DNA of 63,254 bases, the filler included, from Octopus bimaculoides (Eukaryota), in assembly GCF_001194135.2 (NCBI RefSeq). It is 5 parts of 5 records of this genome, joined end to end, with 100 filler letters (N's around TTAATTAATTAA, not from the genome) between each part and the next. Parts side by side here need not be neighbours in the genome. Positions count along the whole stretch, not along the records: positions 23,026 to 31,525 come from NC_068994.1; positions 31,626 to 40,434 come from NC_069007.1; 3 more parts are not named here. One strand, written 5' to 3'. Every line of letters starts with the position of its first letter. Positions within the stretch are counted from its first letter, which is position 1. Made by a program: the position numbers and the translations under genes. The notes beneath the pieces are model-generated. The model saw only the letters and a program-made list of their open reading frames with translations. It made no database searches and was not told the origin of the DNA. Below are positions 25,424 through 36,836 of this stretch, in pieces.

Positions 25424-27367
25424 CTGGAAGAAAAACATTGATAAATATAGCACGCAAGATCACATTCTTCCTACATATTTGTTTCTTTTCCTCATCCCCC
25501 TACTGTGCCTATATTCTACCATTATTCTCCTCCTCACATTATTATCACCATTTTATAAGTGTGTGTAGGAATATTATAAGCACATACATAGAACAAAAAG
25601 TTTCTTAGCAGTTATTCAAGCCCATATTTTCATGCTTTGGAAATCTATGTATCAAATTTAAATAGTTAATGTGGATACAGCTTGCTGGAGCCTTTCAAGC
25701 ATTCCACTACATTTTTTTTTTTAATTGTGAAGCACATCTATCAGTTAATACTGCTGCTATATAAACCAGAAGATTGCGGAAAGCATAAAAGTACTTGTTT
25801 TATCATGTCATGTCATAAAGTTGTGAATATATTCTTAAGTCAACCATTTCGTCAATCACAGCAGCTTCACCACTAATTCAGTTCTCAACTAAATTGCAAA
25901 CTGTTAACAGTTTTAAAGAGGACACCTCCTCAGCTACACTTTGGCATAAATAGTTTGAGATTTGGTTCCGTAGAAAAAATGTTACATCAAAATATGTCAG
26001 ACATCAAGGGGGTGGGGCAGTAAGGCAGATATTCATTATCAATTAACATAAATTTTTTAATTTTAAAATAAAAGTATACTTTTCTTAGGCTTAAATGATA
26101 GAAAAATGCACGAGGAATTCAGAATCATTTGTCGCATTGGACAAAAAATAGTAGAAAAAGAGTTATGCACAAAATTTAATGTCAGTAAGTAAGAAGTGAT
26201 ACCCCAAGCAATAAGAATAAAGAAAATATCTCTAAGGCTGTGAGCTGGCGGAAATGTTAGCACGCAACCGGGCGAAATGCTTAGTGGTATTTCGTCTGTC
26301 TTTATGTTTTCAGTTCAAATTTCGCCAAAGTCAACTTTGTCTTTTATCCATTTTGGATCTATTCAGTTTGATGTACAGATTATTTAATTAATTTTTTTAA
26401 ACTAAATACTTCGAAACTTCCAATACTGGTAGAATGTGTCACATAGAACAGGGTTTAGTCTTAACATTTTTGACAAAAGTTTGTATTTTAGGAGTTATTT
26501 GGTCAGAAGTTACAGAGTGACAATGGACAAATTCGTGTTTGAGAAGTGCCAATGCACGAAACTCTCAGCTTTTGACTTACTCTCTAACTTCTGCCGATAA
26601 TATATATGCATATTACATATATGTGTAAAAAAAAAAACAATCTCGTCATACAATCTCGTCATACAATCGAACCAATGAAAGAGTCTCTACCTGGTTGCTT
26701 GACACGCTAAAAATAGCAGCCAAAGTACCCCCCTACCTAAATTACATGCTCATTGTACATAATGTCCTTGATTATCCCTAAAAAGACGGTTTGCTGAAGG
26801 CTGGAATGTCTTTGATGATAGGTCTGCAGTATCAGGGTTGATTTGAGGCTAAATAACAACAACATTATGTTAAATTTCTATATTAACACCTGCATGATTT
26901 TTTACGTAGAATCAAGTACCCTGACCTCCTAATATGCTGCAATTCCCTTTTTTTTTTTTTTCATTCAGAAAGAATGAGGTGGGGAGAACCGCCCCACATA
27001 CCTAATTCCGGAAACACTGGAAATTTTTTTTTTGTTGAATGAAGTCCTGTGACCTAATATGGCAAAATTAGGTAATTTAAGGTGAGCCTGGTAACTAATG
27101 GTTTTGGGGTCTTGTTTGTAACTTTTGGTGAGCCATAGTGCAACCAACAACATCATAAAAATGCCTGCCATTAATCTGGTGTGGATGGGTAATATCAAAT
27201 AATTCAAACACAACATAGTTAAATTAAACATGAAAAAAATTGAAATATTATCATCACTTTCATGGAAAAATTGAAATATCTTTCAGTGTTTTATAAGATA
27301 AAATCTTAAATTATTAATTGACACATTAGTAATTATCTTATAACAGCAATGCCTGGAAAAATCATGG

Positions 27368-27883
27368 ATTACATGAGAAAATGCGAGCATGAAAAGTAAT
27401 ATTCTTAAGATTATAAACCTGGAAAAGTACAGGACAAGTTATTACACCTGTAAAAGTATAGGACAAGCTATTACTTCTAGTAAAGAACAAGAAACTTTTT
27501 ACTTAAAACATTGCGGCTAAAATTAAAATTTGAATATTAAAACTTATTTTATTATAGTTTACAAATAACGATATACTAATTTAAGTGGAATTTGGCTAAT
27601 TTACTACCTTAAATACAGAAAAAAGTGACTAATTAGACAAACTTACAAATTAACTGAACAGTTTAGTACAATAAATTTAAAAGATGAGAACTGTAAAGAG
27701 TGATAAATTTGAAGAACTGGCATTCATTGCTGCAATATTTTAAGTAAAAAGTTTCTTATTCTTTACTTTACTAGAAGTAATAGCTTGTCCTGTACTTTTA
27801 CAGATGTAATAACTTGTCCTGTACTTTTCCAGGTTTATAATCTTAAGAATATGACTTTCCATGCTTGCATTTTTCCATGTAAT
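27368..27883. mobile_element. MITE/foldback element with ~150-bp terminal inverted repeats
   Basis: 27368-27517 is the reverse complement of 27729-27883 (e.g. TTCTTAAGATTATAAACCTGGAAAAGTACAGGACAAGTTATTACA). AT-rich spacer between the arms. Confidence 0.85.
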
Positions 27884-27929
27884 ATATATATATACGTATA
27901 TATAAGGTGCAATAAACACTGTAAACAAA

Positions 27930-29060
27930 CAGGAAACAACTTCTGTGTCATTCCAGGGAGAAAAACTAGAGGTAGTTGATAGCTTCTGCTATCTGGGTGA
28001 CCAAGTTAGTAGTGGGGGTGGGTGCGCTGAAAGTGTAGCTGCTAGAATAAGAATATCCTGGGCAAAGTTCAGAGAGCTCTTACCTCTGCTGGTGACAAAG
28101 GGACTCTCACTCAGAGTAAAGGGTAGACTGTATGATGCATGTGTACGAACATCCATGCTACATGGCAGTGAAACATGGGCTGTGACTGCTGAGGACATGC
28201 GTAAGCTCGCAAGGAAAGAAGCCAGTATGCTCCGATGCATGTGTAATGTCAGTGTGCATACTAGACAGAGTGTAAGTACCTTGAAAGAAAAGTTGAACCT
28301 AAGAAGCATCNNNNNNNNNNNNNNNNNNNNNNNNNNNNNNNNNNNNNNNNNNNNNNNNNNNNNNNNNNNNNNNNNNNNNNNNNNNNNNNNNNNNNNNNNN
28401 NNNNNNNNNNNNNNNNNNNNNNNNNNNNNNNNNNNNNNNNNNNNNNNNNNNNNNNNNNNNNNNNNNNNNNNNNNNNNNNNNNNNNNNNNNNNNNNNNNNN
28501 NNNNNNNNNNNNNNNNNNNNNNNNNNNNNNNNNNNNNNNNNNNNNNNNNNNNNNNNNNNNNNNNNNNNNNNNNNNNNNNNNNNNNNNNNNNNNNNNNNNN
28601 NNNNNNNNNNNNNNNNNNNNNNNNNNNNNNNNNNNNNNNNNNNNNNNNNNNNNNNNNNNNNNNNNNNNNNNNNNNNNNNNNATTGGGGCAAGCGAAAGCG
28701 AAATCGGGATGGCACCTGTGCCCAGCGTCGCCTTTCTGGCACTTGTACCTGCGGCATATGTAAGGACTTTCGAGCGAGATCGTTGCCAGTGCCCCTGGAC
28801 TCGCTCTTGTGCGGGTGGCACATAAAATACACCATTTTGAGCATGGCCGTTGCCAGCACAGCATGACTGGCCTTCGTGCTGGTAGCACGTAAAAGCACCC
28901 ACTACACTCTCAGAGTGGTTGGCGTTAGGAAGGGCATCCAGCTGTAGAAACTCTGCCAAATCAGATTGGAGCCTGGTGTAGCCATCTGGTTTCACCAGTC
29001 CTCAGTCAAATCGTCCAACCCATGTTAGCATGGAAAGCGGACGTTAAACGATGATGATGA
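27930..29060 (+). mobile_element. 5'-truncated RTE-clade LINE (RT C-terminal region, gap, 3' UTR, (GAT)n tail)
   Basis: 'EVVDSFCYLGDQVSSGGGCAESVAARIRISWAKFRELLPLL...KGRLYDACVRTSMLHGSETW' and tail CCATGTTAGCATGGAAAGCGGACGTTAAACGATGATGAT. Confidence 0.88.
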
Positions 29061-29066
29061 GGATGA

Positions 29067-29097
<31 letters not shown>

Positions 29098-29679
29098 CAT
29101 GCACATACCACACATCATCATGCACACTCCCACATCCACACAGGCATATAATACCCAGACACAGACAATATATTCACATGCATGCAGCATCCATAAACAC
29201 ATGCAACATGCATAGACAAACTTTCACCCACAAACATACACTCTGCACATGCACACTATTTGGTCACACACGTGTACACACCACCTGAACAAACACACAT
29301 CAACTGCTACATACAACACACTCACACACACACAAACACACACACACACACACACTCACACACACACACACACTCACGTATGTAAGACTCACTTGCCCCC
29401 ATTCACACACACTCACTCACACCATTCTCAAATACACGCACATGCTTGTGCACCTGAGTTTGTTGGGTCGCCATTACTGTTATTATTATTATTATCTCTG
29501 TTTCATTCAAGCTCTTTTTCCAAGTCATCTCACCATGTTGGACTCTGCACAGTTTTTCTCTCTCCATTTTTTCCCTCTTAATCCTTTCTGTCAAAGAACT
29601 TAGGCTCAAAACATAAAAGTCTTTTCCATTTTTCCCAAGCGTTAGACTAATACACCTGCTTGTTGTTCCTACAACTGTC

Positions 29680-30610
29680 TTCATCTTTTGTTTTCTGTAA
29701 ATTTGAACAAATATATATATATAGGGGGAGAAGTCACAAAAAAAAGCAAAAAACGAAGACAGGTAGTGTAGACAACAAACAGATGTATTAGTTTAACGCT
29801 CAGGAAGTGAAAAAGTCTTTTACGTTTTGAGCCTGCACTCTTCCACAGAAAGGAACACAGAAAGAAACAAGGGGAGAAGATAAAGAATGTGTAGTGGCTA
29901 GCGATCTATCATGGTGAATGCCGGACAGAAGGGTCACACAGGAGAGTTAGGAAGGAGGGGAGATAATAAAGTAGTGGTGATCCCAAAATGAAGGTGCGCG
30001 AGTGTGTGTATAAGAGAGTATGTGCGTGTGGAAGAGGGCAGGTGATCTTGACGTGTGTGTGTATGTGCAGGTGTGTGGATGTGGGGTTGGGAAGTGGTCA
30101 GTGCTAGTGTGTGCATGGTGGTGTGATGTGGTGTTGTGTGGTATGGTGGTGTATGGGGAAGGGAGAAGGTGGGTAGGAGTGAAGAGAAGAGAGAAGGAGA
30201 GTAGAAGTGAAGAGAAGTAGGAGTCGTAGCAAGAGATGAGAGGTGGATGGGACGAAGTAGGTGTGAGAGGAGAGAGGGGAGGAGAGTAGAGTTGACTCCA
30301 TGTGGTGAGAGTAGAGTTGACTCCATGTGGCGCAAAGGAGCAAAGAGAGAAGATTAATCCCTGTTTACGGCGCAAGCAGGAGCCAGATGGCCCCTGTACA
30401 AGGACAACCTGAACACAGACAGGTGTTGCAAAGAGTGACTGGTAGAGCAGAAATGGTGCGAGACTGGGGTGTCATTGCTGAGTTGGATGTCTCACAAGTG
30501 TTCCATGAACCGGTTAGCCAAGCAGCATCCCGTTTGCCCGATGTATAGAGAAGGGCAGAGAGAGCAGGAGATGCGGTAGATGACATTAGTAGAAGTGCAG
30601 GTATAATAAA
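29680..30610 (-). mobile_element. Penelope-like element 3' part: decayed GIY-YIG endonuclease, low-complexity 3' region and hammerhead-like terminal repeat
   Basis: A minus frame absent from the track reads YTCTSTNVIYRISCSLCPSLYIGQTGCCLANRFMEHL*DIQLSNDTPVSHHFCSTSHSLQHLSV (~30606-30400). Hammerhead-like motif at 29816-29853. Confidence 0.82.
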
Positions 30611-30649
30611 CACTTGAAATGTACAGGAAATAGACTTTGTCAAATACCT

Positions 30650-30950
30650 GGGGGGATACTTAGAAGTAGCAGATAACTTCTGTTACCTACATGACCAAGT
30701 CAGAAGTGGAGGAGGATGCTATGAAGGCATAGGGGTTAAAATAAGAACAGGCTGGGTGAAATTCAGAGAGCTATCTTGTTGGTAACAAAGGGCCTCTCCC
30801 TCTGAATGAAAGGCAGACTGTATGATGGTATGATGCTTCTGTGTGAACAGCCATGCTACACGCCAGTGAAACATGGTCTGTAACTGCGGAGGACATGCAA
30901 AGGCTTGAAAGAAATGAAGCTACCATCCTCTGCGGGATATGCAATGAAGA
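30650..30950 (+). mobile_element. Second, more decayed RTE LINE fragment
   Basis: Nucleotide homology to 27960-28250 (TTAGAAGTAGCAGATAACTTCTGTTACCTA...GCCAGTGAAACATGGTCTGTAACTGCGGAGGACATGC). Confidence 0.8.
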
Positions 30951-31144
30951 AATAAAAAAAATTTGATGGTGTATACACACACACATGTATACAACACTTA
31001 AATTCATATGCTTAGATGTACTTACATATATACACACATTCATATACATGCATCAATACACTCATACATAAATAAAGTATCAGCTTTGGTAGTAACCACA
31101 ATGAAAGTTTCTGAAACAAATTTCCTCTAAGAGTTTCAACTTAC

Positions 31145-31258
31145 TTCTTGAAGACAATTTGCAATAGTTTTTTCATGCTGATTCTGTTCTTGGCTTATTC
31201 CCCATCTTAGATCAACATAAGAGAAAAAAATTCTTCGATCCATACATTCTTGGTTGAG
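31145..31258 (-). CDS. Exon of DUF4062-domain protein (first visible exon)
   Basis: TTTGTTTTCCAG acceptor and GAA|GTAAGT donor. 114 nt, phase 0-0, LNQECMDRRIFFSYVDLRWGISQEQNQHEKTIANCLQE with the diagnostic VDLRWG motif. Not in the ORF track. Confidence 0.9.
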
Positions 31259-31294
31259 CTGGAAAACAAAATAAAGTATCATTTGCTTGGATTC

Positions 31295-31525
31295 TATCAT
31301 CATCATCATCATCATCGTTTAACGTCCGCTTTCCATGCTAGCATGGGTTGGACGATTTGACTGAGGACTGGTGAAACCGGATGGCAACACCAGGCCCCAG
31401 TCTGATTTGGCAGAGTTTCTACAGCTGGATGCCCTTCCTAACGCCAACCACTCAGAGAGTGTAGTGGGTGCTTTTACGTGTCACCCGCACGAAAACGGCC
31501 ACGCTCGAAATGGTGTCTTTTATGT
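31295..31525 (-). mobile_element. 3' end of the same RTE family, inverted
   Basis: Reverse complement of 28830-29060, with a (CAT)n tail at 31295-31317. Confidence 0.88.
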
Positions 31526-31625
31526 NNNNNNNNNNNNNNNNNNNNNNNNNNNNNNNNNNNNNNNNNNNNTTAATTAATTAANNNNNNNNNNNNNNNNNNN
31601 NNNNNNNNNNNNNNNNNNNNNNNNN
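31526..31625. other. Artificial assembly linker
   Basis: 44N-TTAATTAATTAA-44N. Confidence 0.9.
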
Positions 31626-32329
31626 AAGAAGAAGAAGAAGAAGAAGAAGAAGAAGAAGAAGAAGAAGAAGAAGAAGAAGAAGAAGAAGAAGAAGAAGAAG
31701 AAGAAGAAGAAGAAGAAGAAGAAGAAGAAGAAGAAGAAGAAACGGAGATAGATAAAGACGTGTGAGAAAACGCTTTTAATACAAAGCTGTTTATTCTGTG
31801 TCCATCTTGTTTTTAGTTTTGCTTGCTTTTCTCCAAATCTGTTTTCGAAGACAGCCAACAGATATCTATTGATTGACCCAAACCGACCTCTGTAATCCAG
31901 CAGACTCTACGTCAAATATATTCCAATTCTGGCCATCATGTCTTTTCCTTTTGTTTCTGTGAAGCTATGATTACATTATATTGTTCCATTTTTTTAATAA
32001 ATTTATATTTTAGTCACATTGTGACAAGGTAATGGCGACACAGTTTTCGCAAAAGTAGTAGTAGTAGTAGTAGTAGTGGTACTAGTAGTAGTAGTAGTAG
32101 TAGTAGTAGTTGATGTTGTTGTTGTTGTTTTTAATCTTGTGTTGGTACCCCTTATATCTGCTGAAATTCCGTGAGCTTATGGTCAAATAATTTTTAGCAA
32201 CGCCCATTCTGTCTGTCACTCTAATATACTGTTTTCGGACTGTTGTATGTGATTTTGACACTCCATTCTTAAAGCAGCATCTTCAAATCCTTGCCTACCG
32301 TGACCATCAGGTATAAAATAACAAGAGTT

Positions 32330-32950
32330 ATATGCTTAACATTTGTTTCTGATATAATACCTCTATCATCTTTTTTGTAACATGAGAATAGCTCCATTAT
32401 CAATGGCGATATGTTAATAGCTCTGTTGTATGTTTGCTGTTGGCACTCCGTCGCTTACGACGTCCAAGGTTCCAGTTGATCCGATCAACGGAACAGCCTG
32501 CTCGAGAAATTAACGTGCAAGTGGCTGAGCACTCCACAGACACGTGTACCCTTAACGTAGTTCTTGGGGATATTCAGCGTGACACAGTGTGACAAGGCTG
32601 GCCCTATGAAATACAGGCAAAATAGCTCTGTTATACCTTGCGACATGAAAATACCTCCGTTATTACGCATGACGTGGATATAACTCTGCCATATCTTATG
32701 ATCTGAGAATAGCTACGTCATTTCTTGTGACATGAGAATAGCCTTGTCATATGTTGTATCATAAGAATAACTCTGTTATATCTTGCTATATGAGAAAGCG
32801 TCCGTCATATTTTGTGAGATGAGAATAGCCCAGTTACAACTTGTGACACTAGTTCTGTTCTATCTTCTGACATGAACACAGCTCCGTCGTATCATGGATA
32901 CTTCTGTCATATGCTGGACACTCCCGTCGTATGTTGTGACATGAAAGATC
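32330..32950. repeat. Degenerate ~29-bp minisatellite (CATGAGAATAGCTCTGTTATATCTTGTGA-like) interrupted by a ~200-bp interspersed repeat at ~32430-32620
   Basis: Repeated CATGAGAATAGC units. ATAGCTCTGTT flanks the insert on both sides. Confidence 0.65.
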
Positions 32951-33293
32951 ATCATCATCATCACCACCGTCGTCAGCATCCTCATTGTCAGCATCATCGC
33001 TTTGCGCGCCCACATTGAATTTCTCCAGGCGTTAACATTTGTCATTACATTCGATTTGTTGCTGTATGTTCATTGAAAAGATGATGATGTTGATGATGGT
33101 GATGGTCGTGGTGGTGGTGGTGATGATGGATGTTGTTCGACACGTCTAAACTATACAAAGACCATTATTTACTCAGTCCAAGAGACGTTGTTGGTGAATG
33201 GAGATTTGCTTAAAACTGATCATTTGTCCGTCTGACAAAACTTTTGATCTATATGTAATCAATACGCTCTTATAGACATGCGTTCGAACATTC

Positions 33294-33360
<67 letters not shown>

Positions 33361-34489
33361 GTCTGTATAATTATATATATATATGTATATGTATACATGT
33401 ATATATATGTGTATNNNNNNNNNNNNNNNNNNNNNNNNNNNNNNNNNNNNNNNNNNNNNNNNNNNNNNNNNNNNNNNNNNNNNNNNNNNNNNNNNNNNNN
33501 NNNNNNNNNNNNNNNNNNNNNNNNNNNNNNNNNNNNNNNNNNNNNNNNNNNNNNNNNNNNNNNNNNNNNNNNNNNNNNNNNNNNNNNNNNNNNNNNNNNN
33601 NNNNNNNNNNNNNNNNNNNNNNNNNNNNNNNNNNNNNNNNNNNNNNNNNNNNNNNNNNNNNNNNNNNNNNNNNNNNNNNNNNNNNNNNNNNNNNNNNNNN
33701 NNNNNNNNNNNNNNNNNNNNNNNNNNNNNNNNNNNNNNNNNNNNTATATATATATATATATATATATTTACATGCATATACGCGGACATGTGTAGATGTG
33801 TATATGTGTGTGTGTGTTGGACACTTTGAGTTACATTTACCACCAAAGTTTCTTTTCTTTGCATAGAAATCAAAATACCCAATTTTCGGTACTTCAATTC
33901 ATTCGTCTTTTAATGTCAGTCTATCTGAGATCGCACCCGTTCCATAGATCTAAATCAAGGCTTTTCGCCAAAATGCTTCCCCAACATTTTCCCTTAAAAA
34001 AAAACATCCGCTTAATTATAACAAAATGGTTATTTTCACTCTATACAACTAAAAGCGTAGGGACAAATAATTATAATTGAGCATTCGTTGAGCACTTTCG
34101 TGGAAAGTAGCGCGACGGGATTAATAGGAATACACCATGTAGTATAGTTACGTGTCTTGAAACAGAACGCATATATCTGTGTTTGGGTGTATATGTTATG
34201 CGTCTGTTCGCGTGTTGGTGCGGCAGATCTTTTCTACGTGCGTGAGAGAGTGCTCAAAGGAACCGACTAATCTACAAACGAGATGTGAAATTTCAAATAT
34301 AACTTGTAGAATAGATATTAGATTTATATAAATGAATTTCTTTCATGCTATATATATAATGCATACTCACACACACACACACACTTACACGCATACACGC
34401 ACCCATTCCCCATTTCAAAATATATATATATGTGTGTGAGCGTGTGTATGTAATGTATGTATATGTATATATGAATGTATATACAAATT

Positions 34490-34584
<95 letters not shown>

Positions 34585-35005
34585 ATGTATGTATGTATGT
34601 ATGTATACAGTCACACATACATATATATGATAGTTTTCTCATCTGACGATCTCTTTTGCCTGAAACACGAATCGTAATGAATTGCGTGTGTGTGCCTGTG
34701 TGCCTGTGTTTGTGTGTGTGTGTGTGTGTGTATGTGTATGAGCGTGTATTCGTATGTGTGTGAGTGTATGCGAATATTAAATCTCTATTTTTCTGATATG
34801 TAAGGATACGTGCGAAAAATATTAGTTATGAAAATCAAAAATCTAATTTTGAGAATAACTTTCGAAGTAAAACCAGTTTCACTTTTCATTGCCGAAATGA
34901 AGATTCTAGGTTTTGGCGCTTCCGCTCATAACATTGGTTATGCTGTCGATTACGATGATGACGAACACGACGACGACACCGACGATGGTGATGATGATGA
35001 TGATA

Positions 35006-35050
<45 letters not shown>

Positions 35051-35928
35051 ATCATCATTCATCATCGTCATCACCACCGCAAACATTTCTTCTTCTCCAT
35101 CTTCTTCTTCTTCTTCTTCTTCTTCTTCTTCTTCTCCTCCTCTTCCTCCTCCTCCTCCTCCTCCTTCTTCTTCTTCTCAATTTCCTTCATTCTTCTTCGT
35201 CTACCTTCTCCACCCCTCCCTCTCCTCCCCATCCTCTTCTTCTTCTTCTTCTTCTTCTTCACCTCCTCCTCCTCTTCTTTCTTCTTCTTCTTCATCATCA
35301 TCATCATCATCGTCATCATCATCATCATCCCCACCATCATCATCCCCACCATCATCATCCCCACCACCATCAGCACCTCTCCATCACCGACACCACTATC
35401 ATCATCACCGCTATTATTATCCTTATCCCCCACCGTCCACATCGTGGCCATCGCTATCATCACCATCATTACCATTATCATCATCATCATCACCATCCTC
35501 AACATCACTATGGTTGTGATAACAACAGCGTTGACGATGATGATGACGATGATAACGGTGGTGGTGGTGGCGTTGGGGACAATACAGTTCGACATGTCTA
35601 AACTATAAAAAGATGAATATTTACTCAGTCCAAGAGATTTTGTTGGTGAATAGTGGTTTACATAAAACTGATCATTTGTCTGATCTAAAAAAAAACTTTT
35701 GATCTACACACGATGAATACAGTTTTATATGCAAATATACGTCTCAAGTGTGTGAGTTTGCGTGTGTGCGTGTGCGCGTGTGTGTGTGTGCGTGTATGAG
35801 TGTATGTGAGTGTATTATACGTATGCATATCATGTGGATATACATATGTATATATATATATATGTGCGTATATATGTATGTATATATACATATGTATATA
35901 TATATGTGTGTGTATATATGTATGTATA

Positions 35929-35963
<35 letters not shown>

Positions 35964-36073
35964 ANNNNNNNNNNATAGAGATATACATATACATATAAGT
36001 GTGTACATATATATGTGTGTCTGTGTGTGTATGTGTGTGTGTGTGTGTGTGTTTGCGTGTGTGTGTGTGTGTT

Positions 36074-36115
<42 letters not shown>

Positions 36116-36559
36116 GCACTGAAATAAAGATTTCAGAACATTTATAAAGAGAAAGTCTTACAGCTGTTTCCGGGATATTTTATATATCCCTTCTTCGGAG
36201 ACTGTGCGAGAATATGTTTAAGCAATAGTTATTCTCATTCGCATAATCGCCGAACCTGAAGCTTAACTATAGTCTGTCCATAGCACTTACTCGGCATTGC
36301 CTGACACCTTTGCGTCTTCTTGGACACCATTACCTCTCATAACCTATATATAAAGATATATATTAAAATAGATTTAATCAAAAGATTTAATGTGGTAATT
36401 AAAATGTTTGTGGCACCAGAATTTGGTAGGGTAAAGACCAAAAACAAAATCAAGAGATTTGGTGAATAAAATTTGAAGAAAAGCAACAAAAATGTATTAG
36501 GTTATACTGCTATGACCTAATACATTTTTGTTGCTTTACTTCAAATATAAAGATATATA

Positions 36560-36775
36560 TATATCCGCAGAAGCCATGATAGTCGTTGACCAAGGACTAT
36601 TCAATTTTTTTGTTCTCCGTGTTTTTCTCCTTGTTTTCTCCGTATTCTTTCTGCTGAAGAGCGTAGCTCGAAACGTTGAAGACCTTCTGTATTCCCGAGC
36701 GTCAAACTAATGCATCCTTTTGTTGTTTACACCACCTGTCCTCGTCTGTTGTTGTTGTTTTTTTCGTGCATTCTC

Positions 36776-36780
<5 letters not shown>
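36560..36780 (+). mobile_element. Penelope-associated terminal repeat with hammerhead-like motif (36646-36682)
   Basis: TCTTT CTGCTGAA GAGC GTA GCTC GAAA C GTT GAAGA. Homologous to 22640-22925. Confidence 0.65.

Positions 36781-36836
<56 letters not shown>

Noticed and set aside
18180-32950. Regularly spaced short repeats as a CRISPR-like array
   Set aside because: Degenerate tandem minisatellites with no unique spacers, in a eukaryotic context with no cas genes.
34810-35608. 263-aa and 231-aa His/Asp/Leu-rich ORFs; similar ORFs at 38650-39202
   Set aside because: Compound GAT/CTT/CAT trinucleotide tracts that are open in several frames on both strands.
36292-36344. 53-nt minus segment with a strong GTAAGT donor
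   Set aside because: Poor acceptor, and the phase fits neither gene.
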